A stretch of 64,000 nucleotides of DNA, taken from positions 23,843 to 87,842 of IMG/VR virus record IMGVR_UViG_3300027917_000033, one strand, 5' to 3'. This DNA is from a virus. The position numbers were made by a program, and so were the translations under genes. Shown here in pieces: positions 48,694 through 59,909 of this stretch (within the stretch, counting starts at the first letter, position 1; each line of letters begins with the position of its first letter). The notes beneath the pieces are model-generated. The model did no database searches and was not told the DNA's origin. It worked only from the letters and a program-made list of their open reading frames with translations.

Positions 48694-48732
48694 TTGCCAC
48701 TCTCAAAGTTTCTGGCCTACTCTTTGAATTAT

Positions 48733-48806
48733 TGGGCGGCCTGCGACTCGAACGCAGATCTCCTTGGGTAAGAACCAAGTGTGTTATCCAATTACACTAA
48801 CCGCCC
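48733..48806 (-). tRNA. tRNA-Lys(CUU)
   Basis: CTTGG-TTCTTAC-CCAAG. Confidence 0.85.
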
Positions 48807-48811
48807 TGTTA

Positions 48812-48883
48812 TGGGCCCGGTGCGAGTCGAACGCACAATTTCTGCTTTAAAAGAGCAGTGTGATGCCATTTCACTACGGACCC
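48812..48883 (-). tRNA. tRNA-Lys(UUU)
   Basis: CTGCT-CTTTTAA-AGCAG. Confidence 0.85.
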
Positions 48884-48952
48884 GAGAGGTCATTTAAGAT
48901 AGAATCAGTCAGCACATTTCTGATCGCATGTAATTCTTCTGCTAAATCTGTT

Positions 48953-49309
48953 TTATCCATCGCATTGTGCCATATAGTCCCATCGAGCCATGTCATGGGC
49001 TCGCTCGTCAATGATTTTGTCAATCCTTTTGGCTATATGTTGGAAGCTGTCTGGATCGTGAACATCGATCTTTTCAGCATCACCTAGGAGGTGCATATTC
49101 TTGACAACCAGTATATGGTCCACGCTTTCAATCAAAGCCACTAAACCATAGAAATGCACCTCGACATGCTTAGTCACCTTGCCAGCAGTATGAAACACCA
49201 CCGTACCACCAGCTGCGCGATGCTCCTGAACTTCTTGTTTGTCGATATACTCCACCTCATAGCGCCTATCTTTTAGGTAGCTGAATATCGCAATCAGTGT
49301 TTCACTCAT
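48953..49309 (-). CDS. LxDP-family hypothetical protein
   Basis: IDVHDPDSF. Confidence 0.55.
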   Translation of the reverse strand: MSETLIAIFSYLKDRRYEVEYIDKQEVQEHRAAGGTVVFHTAGKVTKHVEVHFYGLVALIESVDHILVVKNMHLLGDAEKIDVHDPDSFQHIAKRIDKIIDERAHDMARWDYMAQCDG

Positions 49310-52300
49310 CGCAGGACGATAGATAGGACGATGTATCCGACACACAGCAGGACCACTCCGCCCAAAATCCCGCACAAGATGTCCATCCATCACCTCAACT
49401 CGTTTGTTTAATCGATATCGAAATTCTGGTTCCCGCATGAAGGACACATGGCCTTGTGCTTGTTCTTCTCCCAACCCTTCGCTGTCCACCACCGTTGTTG
49501 CCACGCCACCCTCAACTCCTTCACGAATTCGAGCAGCAACCAGTTCCATGAGAAACACGCCATGCCCTTTTTGGTCTTCCACCGAAGCACGGGCACCCAT
49601 GTAAACCGAATCAGATCGGGAAAGATGTAAGCGTCGAACCGAATGAGCCGGGGACGCCATAGCCACTTGATGTCATCCCACATCTTCGTAAGGGGATTGT
49701 ATCGCCGTGACCAAAAATCATCCTGCGCCCAATCACAGGCGTGGCAGTGTAGATAGGCCACCTTCGTTCCCTCCAAAACCAATCCTCAACTCAAAAGCAT
49801 TGCCGCGCCCATAATAGCTGTCCCGACAGATATGGTAATGATCGCCCATGCAACATCGCGGAGAGCAATCTTGCACAGCCAATGGGCCTCTCCTGGAATT
49901 GGCATCTTCACTCTCCCAATCATTTGATTGTGCGGCACTTGATCTCGCCACTTCCTTGGCAATAGGTGCAGGGCTGCGTCCCAATGTCTTCGCCATCCGC
50001 CGTTCGGATGATCTCTGCTCCCCCGCCACCGCAGGCCAAGCACGGCATTTTTGCTATCTCAATTTTCGCTCTCGGCTTCATATCTCCTCGCTTCAATACC
50101 GCCACGATTTCTGAGTGGTTCTCGCCCCACCGGATTGTGATCCGTAGCGCCCTCACCCAAGCCCTCCATGTGGCTGGCTCCGTTGGCGCACTCCAGGCGC
50201 AAAACCATGTCTGCGTGAACGGGAGTCGCCAGTAAATCGGCAGCTTAAAATGATTGCGGAGCCAGTAGGTAAAGCGTCTTCTGGGGGCCCACTCGAATGG
50301 GAGAATGCCGCCCATCTGTGCTATTTTGGCCCATCCGTGGATAACCCCCGCCTCGGTCCCCATGGCCGATGCCGAGAGCTTTTCCACCTCCTTGAGAATC
50401 TTGGCCTCCGACAGGTCTGGGCGACAACTCCGCAGCGCATTCAGCGCCTCTCCTATTTCAATCGCCCGCTTGCAGCCGTATGGCATCATTTGATACTCCT
50501 GTGAAAACTCTTGTGCTTTTTGCACTTCTTCCCCCGCTTACACCTGGCGCATTTTCCCATCAAACTCTTGTCCTCTTAAGGCATCTTGACTACGGGTTTG
50601 GGATACAACACGAAATCGGCCCCACACACGGGGCAAGCGGCGTGGGCAAAGTCGCCGGGATCGCGCTGGCACCCATGCTCGACCTTCAACTCTGCGGCCT
50701 TCGCCTCCATGGTCGATTTACAGGCGTGGCATGTGCCCCGGAATGTTCTTTCCTTGGGGGCCGTCCCTCGCTCTACAACTTCCATCGTCCTACCTCTTCG
50801 CTCTTACTGGTATTTGTCCAACTTGGCGAACCGGATGACGGCCCCAGGCTCCCGGTAGAAGGTCATGGTGTTGGCCTTGGGGTTGCGCCACTGAAAGACC
50901 ATGAAGGCCACCCCGTAGAAGGCCATCACCACGAAGAGAATGACTTGGATTACGATTGCCGCCTTGCTATTCATCTTCACTCCCCTCGTCATTTGTCCAC
51001 AAACGGATATGTAATCCAAATCACCCGCCTGCAACCACGGCAGCGATACCCCCGCCCCCCCTGAGAATCTACATCGAATGAGAGCCACGCGGCCCCACAC
51101 CGACACGCGCCGCCGTTCCAGTCCCTCTTCTCAAGTGAGCGGGCTGTTACCATAGCGCCCACGAAAACCGCAAAAACCGTAATTGCCACGATCACCATGC
51201 AACACCTCTATCAGGTCAGAAGAACGTCTATCTACCCGCCCGTACTTTACACACCTGGGACACCATCCCCCCGGCTGGATCACATCCCCGCATCGAGGAC
51301 ACGGCCAGGTGGCGGGGTAGCCGGGGTATAGTCCTGGGAAGTCCATATTGCTTTCCTAAGATTCTGACCGTGCTAACGCCTTGCGTTAGAGTGGTCGGAT
51401 GTTCCATTATGTCTTACACATGTTGTTTTGCCTCACTGGTTTGGGTAATGGCGCTTGATAGAATCCTGTAGCACCATAATGATGTGATCGCGCTCCAGCG
51501 TATGTGGGCTGTTCTTTTTGAGCCAATCAATGTCCTCATAGACTAATTTCATATAGGCGTCTTTATTCAACTTGGTTCCCATTTTAACTTCCCCTTTCAT
51601 TTGTCATCTTGACTCGATTCTCTCTCCGAATCGGTCTTCTGGGTATACGAGCATCTCGCCCCCTATTGCGATACAGCGCGGCACCTCACTACCAGCCGCA
51701 ATGTAGCCCCGGCAAAACTCGTTTGTGCCTTCGGCAAGAGACACCCACTCCCATCCACCACGAAGTTCATTGTATTGATGCTGCACCACATGATAATTCT
51801 CTGGCCCCCCACCACTGACAGCATTCACGGCAAGGAGGGCATCAAGGGCGAAGTCTGCAATCGACCGGACGGTTTCGGAATCTTTGCCATTTAGGTCAAG
51901 CGCCAGCTTCATCTTGGCTATCTCTGGGCCTCCCATGTTTCCTCCTTACTCCTCAACTCGAAAATAAGGTTGCCACCTTTTCCGCACATCGACGGCAAAT
52001 CGTAGCCCACGCGTCCCATCTCTTCTCGTTGTCCACGTAATCCCGTGTTGGGAGATTACAGAAGCTGCACCACCCAGAGATCCATGAGATATTCGCCCCG
52101 GCATCGTCTATGTCTTGTGGGGTGGCATTCTCGACATCCAGGGCCGCAAGGCGGTTATATATCACCTCAGGGTCATTGTGCATAAGCCCGCCCCATTTTC
52201 CCCCGCGCCTATGGAAGTATTGGTCCTTCCACCTCTCGGCCACCCGCCGTATCATGTCACGCTCGGTCACTCGAACCATCTCACTCTCCCAATCCTCAAC

Positions 52301-54110
52301 TCGTATGTTGGGCCTTCGCTAATGCCCTCTCCACGATCTCCCACACCACTGGGAATCGCCTCAGATGTTCGTCATCGGCAAACCGATTCCTAACGACCAA
52401 AAGGGCATCCCGCATGTCTGGCGCGGCTGATGCGAGATGGGCGTTCTTGCGCCCCTCGGGATCGTTGTTGAAAAACCCGATATGGACCTCTTTCCCGCGT
52501 ATCACCTCGATCTGGTCGTCTGTGTATTCTGCTACTTCCCAATCGTCCATCTTCACTCTCCCAATCATTTACACAGTTCCCACCGGAGATCGCCCTCGGG
52601 GTGGGTCCAGTATCGTTTGTGTCGATAGAGATTCCCGTTTTTGTGGACCCCCACGCGCCTGCCGCACTTGGGGCACTCGACAGACTTCTTGGCCTTTGGG
52701 GGCTTCCAGTATGTAGGATAAACCGTGTACCCTCGGTAAACCATCACAAGTCCTCAACCAATCAACAGCCTGGTTCGTCCATGTCCCGCAAGAGATAATA
52801 GAGATGTTTGACATCCCACCACAAACGAGTCGTCCATGGTATGTCTGGGCTCACCACCCCATCATCCTCAACGGCATGAAAATATACGGTCTTCCCGCAA
52901 GCATCACAGAAAAGAGAATGGTGTTTCGCCTTGTCGTCACCCATGGGGCTGTAACATTCGTCCCAAAGGTGCAATCCGCGTCGGCAAAACCACCTTGGCC
53001 AAACCCATCCCAGTATTCCAATGTAGGTAAATCCGTTGTATTTCATCTGACTTTCGTCCTCAACCAATCATTTGCCTTGCTTCTGGCACTCCTTGCACAG
53101 CCTCCGGTATATCCCTGGGTGTCCACTCACCCTCATTACAAACTCCCGCCTGCACCGGATGCAGTTGGCCGTGTGCGTTGTCTTCTTCTTCCCTGGTCGC
53201 ATCACTCTTGTCCTCGTTTGATTAACGCCTTTTCACGAAAGATCCGCTGCCATCTGGCTTGACGTATCCTTCGTCGAGAAGCCACGAGGCAAACGAATAG
53301 AGAAGTCCATCGATTCCAGCTTCAAGGATGAATTCCTGCAAGGTCGAGCCCGTTTCCTTCAAGTTGTTTTGAAGCCATTCTTTGTAGAGATTGTCAATGG
53401 ATTCTCCCATCATCGTTGCCTTTCAAAATCGCTCATTTGCCTATTCTACGAATAGCCTCGATCACGCATCGCACATCCCCCGGGGAAATCGGCGGAAATT
53501 TGGTCACCTCGTTCGCCCGGAGCATGTTTGCGATCTTGGCGATCTCTTCCATTTCGATCAGGTTGTAATCGTCTTTCATCTTCACTCCTCTCGTCAACTA
53601 TGAATCCACTGCCTTGCGATCTCGCATAGGGCAATAAAGACCTCATCCTTGTCTCGCTCCCGGCTTTCGAGTTGATCATAGGGAACGAGGTCGGGGTGAA
53701 CCTTCTTCTCGCGGTCATAGACCTCCCCGTACACCCACCCCATTTCGATGTAGGCTTGCATCCACCCCCCATGCAGCTCCTCGGGAGACGATGATCGGAG
53801 GTCGCCACACTGCCTGTCGATTACCTCGATGAATTGGGTCTTGAATGCATCTTCCCTGTCTGCCCACAGCGCGGGAACAATAGGGGCCTCGGCTGCTTCT
53901 GCCGCCAGCCTTGCCGCGTTGTATACAAATTCCGCCCTTCGCTCCTTTAGGTCCATGGTTCAACCTTTCAAATCTAAGATTCTGTGCATCGAGTCCACTT
54001 GGACCCCAGGAAGATCCGCGCCCGAAGGCGCATGAGCCAAGACACATCCCTGCTCATGGTCACAAGCAACTCCCCTGAGCCGAACACGTCCCACACCCAG
54101 CCGTTACTAT
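49300..54110 (-). other. GC-richer island of small co-oriented ORFs with repeated stop-RBS-start junctions
   Basis: Visibly higher GC, no tRNAs; ORFs e.g. 49408-49782, 49920-50525, 50576-50785, 51953-52279, 52296-52568, 52762-53067, 53594-53956. Confidence 0.6.
53594..53956 (-). CDS. RyR-domain protein
   Basis: HGGWM...GWVYGEVYDREKKVHPDLVPYDQL...KD. Confidence 0.8.
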   Translation of the reverse strand: MDLKERRAEFVYNAARLAAEAAEAPIVPALWADREDAFKTQFIEVIDRQCGDLRSSSPEELHGGWMQAYIEMGWVYGEVYDREKKVHPDLVPYDQLESRERDKDEVFIALCEIARQWIHS

Positions 54111-54125
54111 TGATCTTGAATTCGT

Positions 54126-54401
54126 TTACCACTCTGACCATTGTTTAGCTCGAACCTGCTCGGCTACCTCCCAAATGTAGTCTCTGGTGGCTACTTTAAA
54201 CCCAAGCCTGCTACTGACTTTCTTCAGCCAAGCCTCTTGACCTTTCTTTATTGGATGAAAATCCCAAATTGAGGATTCATCTGTGACGTAGGCTTCTGGA
54301 TGGCCTACAGCTTCGAGAACAACCATTACATATTCACGTAGCGCATCAATTTTGTTTTTATCTGCAGGAACTATTTTCTTCATGTTATTCCTCTTCTTCA
54401 T
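54126..54401 (-). CDS. hypothetical protein
   Basis: AYVTDESSIWDF. Confidence 0.55.
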   Translation of the reverse strand: MKKRNNMKKIVPADKNKIDALREYVMVVLEAVGHPEAYVTDESSIWDFHPIKKGQEAWLKKVSSRLGFKVATRDYIWEVAEQVRAKQWSEW

Positions 54402-54972
54402 CTGATATTAGGCCAATGTCACAGAATTCACACTCTGGCTCATCGCATGTGTGCTCTTGCCACCGACATTCTGCTCTCCTTTTGTTATAATCTACAGCAA
54501 TCCGGCAAATAAATTCTCTGCATGTTTCATGAGGCATTTTCATGCTTGTGTCTTTCCAGCAGAGCCAGGCTGGGCCATCGTAGTTTATGCACCAACGACA
54601 ATTATTTTCATGTGTCTCTTCGCAATGCAAAGTGCAGAATTTATCATGATTAAATCTAGCGCAATCACTGCCACCATAATGCCACAAAGCAAGCGCTCTA
54701 TTCATCACTCTTTCAAACAAGCTTGGGTCATGTATATCGTAATAATGACTAAAATTGTAGGCGTATACACACACTTTGGTGATCGGGCCTTTGTCTGGGA
54801 TGATAATTGATATATTAATGATAGCATGGCTACTACCACTCTGCGCCTGTCGCCAGAACGATCGCTCTTGCCTGCGAATTCCATCTGACAACACGATTTT
54901 TCTCCAACCATTACAATACATATAATCTGCAATGGTGTCCAATATAACTTGGCATTCTTCAGCAGCTGTCAT
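54385..54972 (-). CDS. LxDP-family protein with Cys-rich tail
   Basis: YDIHDPSLF. Confidence 0.55.
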   Translation of the reverse strand: MTAAEECQVILDTIADYMYCNGWRKIVLSDGIRRQERSFWRQAQSGSSHAIINISIIIPDKGPITKVCVYAYNFSHYYDIHDPSLFERVMNRALALWHYGGSDCARFNHDKFCTLHCEETHENNCRWCINYDGPAWLCWKDTSMKMPHETCREFICRIAVDYNKRRAECRWQEHTCDEPECEFCDIGLISDEEEE

Positions 54973-55048
54973 TGGCGCTCCAGGGGGGAGTCGAACCCAC
55001 CTCTTGCGGTGTGAAAGACCGCCGTCCTAACCGGTAGACTACTGGAGC
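54973..55048 (-). tRNA. tRNA-Glu(UUC)
   Basis: GCGGT-CTTTCAC-ACCGC; GCCA end. Confidence 0.9.
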
Positions 55049-55585
55049 TATCTGTGGAATGGTTCTGCCGCTTTCTTGTTAATCTCCGGTTATTCTGCCT
55101 TGAGCATTCTTGGTCGGACCTCGTTGGGTTCGTCGTCGGACTCGTAGAACTCCTCTTTGATGGTCCCGCACACGCAGCACCAATAAATCCCTATGCTTCC
55201 ATTGGTCCCGGCATGGCCCATGAATCTCCACTCGTGTATGTGCTTTTGCATGTCCATCTCCTCATTAAAACTGTTGGCCGTGTACCGGGCAGACCCACCC
55301 AGCCGTAAGAGCCCCTGGTCGGTGGTTCATACAGTTACACTTGGGCTTGATTTCGTATTGAGTGTTTGCCTGCGTCGGTGGTTGTTCCTCTCGGACCACT
55401 CTGATAAACACCTGTCCCAGTTCTTTCCGCACAAATGATTCAAACTCCTGAAGCTTGCACCCCAGAGCGTAAACGGCATCATGTGCTTCGGGGTCAGTTA
55501 TGGCGTTGATCTTTTCCCACAACTCCCGGCTTGCCTCTCCAGAGAATATTCTGTCCATGTCTCCCCCTATCTCATCTAAAATTGA

Positions 55586-55657
55586 TGGCGTTGGAGGGAT
55601 TCGAACCCTCGGGCTGTCACCGGCTGGCGGCCCACCTTACGCCGCGTCCCCAATGCC
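55586..55657 (-). ncRNA. tRNA-like element (acceptor + T arm, non-canonical interior)
   Basis: GGCATTG/CAACGCC, GAGGG-TTCGAAT-CCCTC. Confidence 0.45.
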
Positions 55658-56005
55658 CTGCGCTCCCGTTGGTGGTCGCCTTCTCTACGCTCTAAATCCC
55701 CTTAATATATTCTTCTTTATTAACCTATGTGCCATATCATCAAATCTTGTGCGTGATAAAGCAAAGTGTTGGATGTTAAGACGTATGTTCCTGGTTGGTG
55801 CGTATTGGTGAATATCACCAATTCATTTGAATGTTTACGTTTTATACCCCAGCATTCGACTCCGAATTTAAATCCATGCCCATTTTCTGGTGGTAGATCG
55901 TCGCCTATCTTGAATTCATATAGTTTGTCCACTACTTCATTTGGATCGTATATCCAGTTTGGTATGGTGTTGGTACGGTGAATATGGAGATGATCGCTGT
56001 TTTCA

Positions 56006-56629
56006 TCAGCCATGTAGCCATCCTTCTGCTTCTTCTGCACATTTTGGGTTTGCTATGCTGGTGGTTCTTAGCTTGTAAGTTTCTTTATTACCGAACTCTA
56101 CGTTGTTGTTGCCCCAGAAAGTGACGTTTTTGTGGTTCCTGCTAAGCATTATGGCCATTCCTTTGTGGTCATTGCTGACACAACTGTAGTTATATATACC
56201 GTCTGGTCTGAACCTGTCCATCACGAACTTTGATATTAACGTAAAATCGCTAAAATTATGTGTAACTGGGCTGCATGAAGCAGATGCCGTTCCGACTATC
56301 TGGTCGTAAATTATGTTAAATTGCTTGTGGTAGCTGCCACGGTTGGTCATACAGTTGCCCCAGGCCCCATAAATTATATAATTAGGCCCCACGATCTGCG
56401 ATTTGTAATCTGTCGGTTCGGAAAGCCTGTGAATACTCAAGAATGCTGAGTTTATAACATTAATAATTGCAGCGTCTGATGTTATTAAAGTAGCTATCGG
56501 ACGCGCAGCGGGTCTTGGCGTTACCGGCCAACCAGCGACATGGGAGCCAGCAAAGGCGCTCCAATTAATGTAAAGCTTTGCGTCCGTAAATATTCCATCG
56601 AACGTGTTAACTATGATTACATCGTGCAT
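56006..56629 (-). CDS. hypothetical protein
   Basis: ORF from MHDVII. Confidence 0.55.
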   Translation of the reverse strand: MHDVIIVNTFDGIFTDAKLYINWSAFAGSHVAGWPVTPRPAARPIATLITSDAAIINVINSAFLSIHRLSEPTDYKSQIVGPNYIIYGAWGNCMTNRGSYHKQFNIIYDQIVGTASASCSPVTHNFSDFTLISKFVMDRFRPDGIYNYSCVSNDHKGMAIMLSRNHKNVTFWGNNNVEFGNKETYKLRTTSIANPKCAEEAEGWLHG

Positions 56630-56632
56630 TGA

Positions 56633-56716
56633 TGCCCGAGGTGGGATTCGAACCCACACTTCCTTGCGGAAACCACATTTTAAGTGTGGTGAGTCTACCT
56701 ATTCCTCCACTCGGGC
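56633..56716 (-). tRNA. tRNA-Leu(UAA)
   Basis: CCACA-CTTAAAA-TGTGG. Confidence 0.9.
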
Positions 56717-56759
56717 AATTGGTAACCTGAATAAAATCGGGCAATGTATACCAATTCCA

Positions 56760-57254
56760 TCACTCGGGCGGTTTCGTACCAATCATGCCGTCCTTTGGAT
56801 TAATCGACTTAGTAGCCTTGTAATTCAAGAAGAAGGTTTGGCTGCACACTGGCTCATACGGGTTGGCTAACGATACTGGTTTGTCAGTAATATAGGCATT
56901 TTCTGGGCTTACTGTGTATTTCTTAAAAATCTTTCGATCTGTACAAATTATTGGTTTGTGGTTGGCATCATAAATGGCATATCCATTGCCGTTGGTTATG
57001 CCAAAGTGCGGGATGTAATCTGGGCTGTAAAGATCTTTTTTGACACAAGTTTCCCACGTATCAAAGGCGGCACATTTAACCCAATATGTGCCGCCTTTAT
57101 ATAATGCCAATTTGCCCATTGGTTGTACGCTAATTAGGCCTGACGCAATGGTGCTTGGATACACTTTTCTAATGGTAGGCATTGTGAATTTAGTGAAATC
57201 GATATCTTTAATTTTTTCTTGCGCCTTTGGGTTGAATTTGTATTCAGTCGTCAT
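56760..57254 (-). CDS. protein with T4 gp23 major-capsid-like N-terminal segment
   Basis: MPTIRKVYPSTIASGLISVQPM. Confidence 0.55.
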   Translation of the reverse strand: MTTEYKFNPKAQEKIKDIDFTKFTMPTIRKVYPSTIASGLISVQPMGKLALYKGGTYWVKCAAFDTWETCVKKDLYSPDYIPHFGITNGNGYAIYDANHKPIICTDRKIFKKYTVSPENAYITDKPVSLANPYEPVCSQTFFLNYKATKSINPKDGMIGTKPPE

Positions 57255-58227
57255 TTATTTTAATTCCTTCTTTTCTCAAGTCACCAAGAATACCATTTAT
57301 CATTTCTTGTGGCAAATCTTCTGGTGCGTACACTCCTGGTTTTAAGTTGCTGCAAACCAATCTTGCTGCTGCGTATGCTGCTGGGCTGGCTGTGGTCCTG
57401 GCCATCGCCGATTTCCCATTTTCGCCGAAGGCCGTCATTGCCCAGCATTTATTATCAACTTCTACTCTCATTGTAACTACGTCGTCTTGATATCCACAGT
57501 TTAGTATGTTAGCGTCGAGCATGTTCATTTCTTGCAGCAATTTGATCCTGTCTATGTGCCCTGGCCATCTAAGAGTTTTCTCGACCGCACTATCTAGGCA
57601 ATTTATGCCCAATAACGTCCTAAGACCATCAGTTAGGAAAGCTTCTTGTAAGCCAACTCCCTCGAAGAATACAAATTCTCTGTCTGTTAGTGGGTTTACT
57701 GTGATACGCACTCCCCGTGGTTGTATGATCCTGGCTGGTCTTGTATATTCTTCGATGACGTCGTTTGGTGCGAATTGTGCGTTATAATATAGTGGCGGTT
57801 CTGGGTGGATCGGGTTGCCGCCAACGAGTATCTTCACGTTCTTTGGCTCTTTTACCAATCCTACCAACATATTTGTTATGCCAGGTGCTAAACCCATATC
57901 AATCACAATGATTGATCCGCTATGCTCGGCTTTTTCGCTTAGCTCTTCCATTGGGTCTTCTGGCATGAATGTGACATCGACGCAATTTTGGCCACATTCG
58001 ATGATTTTATCTAATACTTGCCACCCTATGGCACTTGGTAATGTGTTGACTATGATGTCCCATTGTTTTTGTAATACTGCGGAAATATTTTCACTCTTTG
58101 AGAGATCAAGCGTAATAGCTTGTTTTGATGGGTCGGCATCAAAGGCTTGTACTTTGACACCCATGCTGCCGAGAATCTTTGTGGCTTCTGTACCCACGTT
58201 GCCCATGCCCAACACTGCAGCATTCAT
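57244..58227 (-). CDS. Saccharopine dehydrogenase / lysine 6-dehydrogenase family
   Basis: LGMGNVG, DMGLAPGITN, VGGNP, IEEYTRPARI, TDGLRTL, KTLRWPGH, AMARTT. Confidence 0.85.
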   Translation of the reverse strand: MNAAVLGMGNVGTEATKILGSMGVKVQAFDADPSKQAITLDLSKSENISAVLQKQWDIIVNTLPSAIGWQVLDKIIECGQNCVDVTFMPEDPMEELSEKAEHSGSIIVIDMGLAPGITNMLVGLVKEPKNVKILVGGNPIHPEPPLYYNAQFAPNDVIEEYTRPARIIQPRGVRITVNPLTDREFVFFEGVGLQEAFLTDGLRTLLGINCLDSAVEKTLRWPGHIDRIKLLQEMNMLDANILNCGYQDDVVTMRVEVDNKCWAMTAFGENGKSAMARTTASPAAYAAARLVCSNLKPGVYAPEDLPQEMINGILGDLRKEGIKINDD

Positions 58228-58556
58228 GCTTCGCCTTTCAACGGACATGCCTGGCACACCGATGGAGTTGCCGATAAACAGTGTTTGATTGCATCTGCTA
58301 ATGTGTCAAGACTATCTGGATCGTGCAACATGATCGTTGCATATTCACAGAATTTAATTAATCCGTTTACTATTCTAAATTCATGATAAAATGACTCCAT
58401 CCATACTCGTAATTCAAATCCACCAGGGATGGCCCACTTTACCTCAGTATTGTTGACACCTCTTGACGCCAACTCATCGGCCAGTGAATTGTAGATATGC
58501 TGTTCCTCAGCGAATCCTGGGTGTGAAATTGTCGCCCTATAATGCATTAGAGCCAC
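58224..58556 (-). CDS. LxDP-family hypothetical protein
   Basis: MLHDPDSL. Confidence 0.5.
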   Translation of the reverse strand: MALMHYRATISHPGFAEEQHIYNSLADELASRGVNNTEVKWAIPGGFELRVWMESFYHEFRIVNGLIKFCEYATIMLHDPDSLDTLADAIKHCLSATPSVCQACPLKGEA

Positions 58557-58621
58557 CTATCGGGATCGAACCGATGTTTCGACTATACCACAGTCGCGTT
58601 CTACCATTGAACTAAGGTGGC
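58551..58621 (-). tRNA. tRNA-Thr(GGU)
   Basis: CGACT-GTGGTAT-AGTCG. Confidence 0.85.
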
Positions 58622-58905
58622 TATTTTCTTTTCTTCTTGGCCATGCACATCCCGAATCTCTTTTTGCTTTTTACCCAATCAGTCCATTTTCTGACTTGTT
58701 CGTTTGCCAGTATAGCTTCTACAGTATTGTACTGCTTTCTTAATTCTTTGTTTGTGAAGAGTAAATGAAGTTGGTCTCCACAATCAACACAAACCTTGAT
58801 AGTCTTCAGCCCTCTGTTTTTGTTTTTGTCACGTGATTTTGGTACGAGATGGTGCTTTTCTACAAATCCATCTGGTACCTCTCGCTGGCAGATTTTACAT
58901 TTCAT
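58621..58905 (-). CDS. small HNH-like protein
   Basis: CKICQR...HHLVPK...CVDCGDQLH..FTN.EL. Confidence 0.75.
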   Translation of the reverse strand: MKCKICQREVPDGFVEKHHLVPKSRDKNKNRGLKTIKVCVDCGDQLHLLFTNKELRKQYNTVEAILANEQVRKWTDWVKSKKRFGMCMAKKKRK

Positions 58906-58908
58906 TAA

Positions 58909-58979
58909 AGCCACCGATCGGAATTGAACCGATATTTCCGGCTTACGAAACCGATGCCCTACCATTAGACGACGGTGGC
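58909..58979 (-). tRNA. tRNA-Thr(CGU)
   Basis: TCGGT-TTCGTAA-GCCGG. Confidence 0.85.
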
Positions 58980-58982
58980 AAA

Positions 58983-59057
58983 TGGAGCACCCGGAGGGAG
59001 TCGAACCCTCAACGTCACGCTTTGCAGGCGTGCGCCCAGCCCGCTAGGAACGGGTGC
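58983..59057 (-). tRNA. tRNA-Cys(GCA)
   Basis: CACGC-CTGCAAA-GCGTG; UCCA end; compact D arm CCTAG-CGGG-CTGGG. Confidence 0.85.
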
Positions 59058-59079
59058 TAATATATTTTGAACCTCTGTT

Positions 59080-59427
59080 TTACTTCTGATTTTGCTGCCT
59101 CAACCAATCTTTCAAAACAGTTTTCCTTGCTGCCTCAACCAATCTTTCAAAACAGTTTTCCTCATATAATGAGAAATCAATATATGAAGTTCTGCCATTA
59201 TGTCTTGTGCACAATATTGTTTGCCCAAAATCTTCGTCTACAACTATCCATGTTGCCTCGTGGACATAGTCTGGGTTTCTATTATACGCCGAAATGTACC
59301 AACCTTTGTTTCCAACCCGCCTACGCCCCTCACTCCAGTATGGGCCATTAAATTGTAAGCACTCGCTACGCAGTATGTCCCTTATCTGGATTAACAACTC
59401 TTTTATAATGTCTGGTTCTTCATCCAT
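59080..59427 (-). CDS. LxDP-like family protein
   Basis: FSLYEENCF; C-terminus altered by a tandem duplication. Confidence 0.5.
   Translation of the reverse strand: MDEEPDIIKELLIQIRDILRSECLQFNGPYWSEGRRRVGNKGWYISAYNRNPDYVHEATWIVVDEDFGQTILCTRHNGRTSYIDFSLYEENCFERLVEAARKTVLKDWLRQQNQK
59092..59161. repeat. perfect 35-bp tandem duplication
   Basis: TTGCTGCCTCAACCAATCTTTCAAAACAGTTTTCC x2. Confidence 0.9.
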
Positions 59428-59515
59428 TGGCGGCGAGCAGAGGACTCGAACCCCATTCCGGTGGGAACCAACCGCTTTCCAAGCGGCGCTGGGAACCCGT
59501 CCCAGTTTACTCGCC
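59428..59515 (-). tRNA. tRNA-Ser(GGA), 8/4 cloverleaf
   Basis: GGCGAGTA/TGCTCGCC 8-bp acceptor, GGGG/CCTC T stem, CTGGGA/TCCCAG D stem. Confidence 0.8.
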
Positions 59516-59779
59516 ATATTTGCCGACAAACCCAGCGAGACTATTAAAGCAGTTTGGGTCTGCCAATGAAATTTTAAATACTACACGTTCCAGGAAAATT
59601 GTACTTGTTGCGTGACAAAATATAGTGCAGACAAAGATTGTGGAATCCATTATTTTAATTGCTAGATTTTTGTCGTGGTGAACAACGCTGTTGTCGAATA
59701 TGTAACCTTTGATGCAATTTTCCGCCAGGATTCTTAATATTTCTTTCAGCAAAGAATCTGAGAAATTTGTTTCTATCAT
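59507..59779 (-). CDS. LxDP-family protein
   Basis: ISLADPNCF. Confidence 0.5.
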   Translation of the reverse strand: MIETNFSDSLLKEILRILAENCIKGYIFDNSVVHHDKNLAIKIMDSTIFVCTIFCHATSTIFLERVVFKISLADPNCFNSLAGFVGKYGE

Positions 59780-59909
59780 AGATTGCTGACCTGGTAGATG
59801 GTTTCAACAAAATGTCTACTGTAATTTTGTCGAAGCAATCCGGATCAGCCAACGCGTATTGTTTAGATTTTAATGGCGATGAATAATTCATGTACGGTTT
59901 CTTTTTCAT

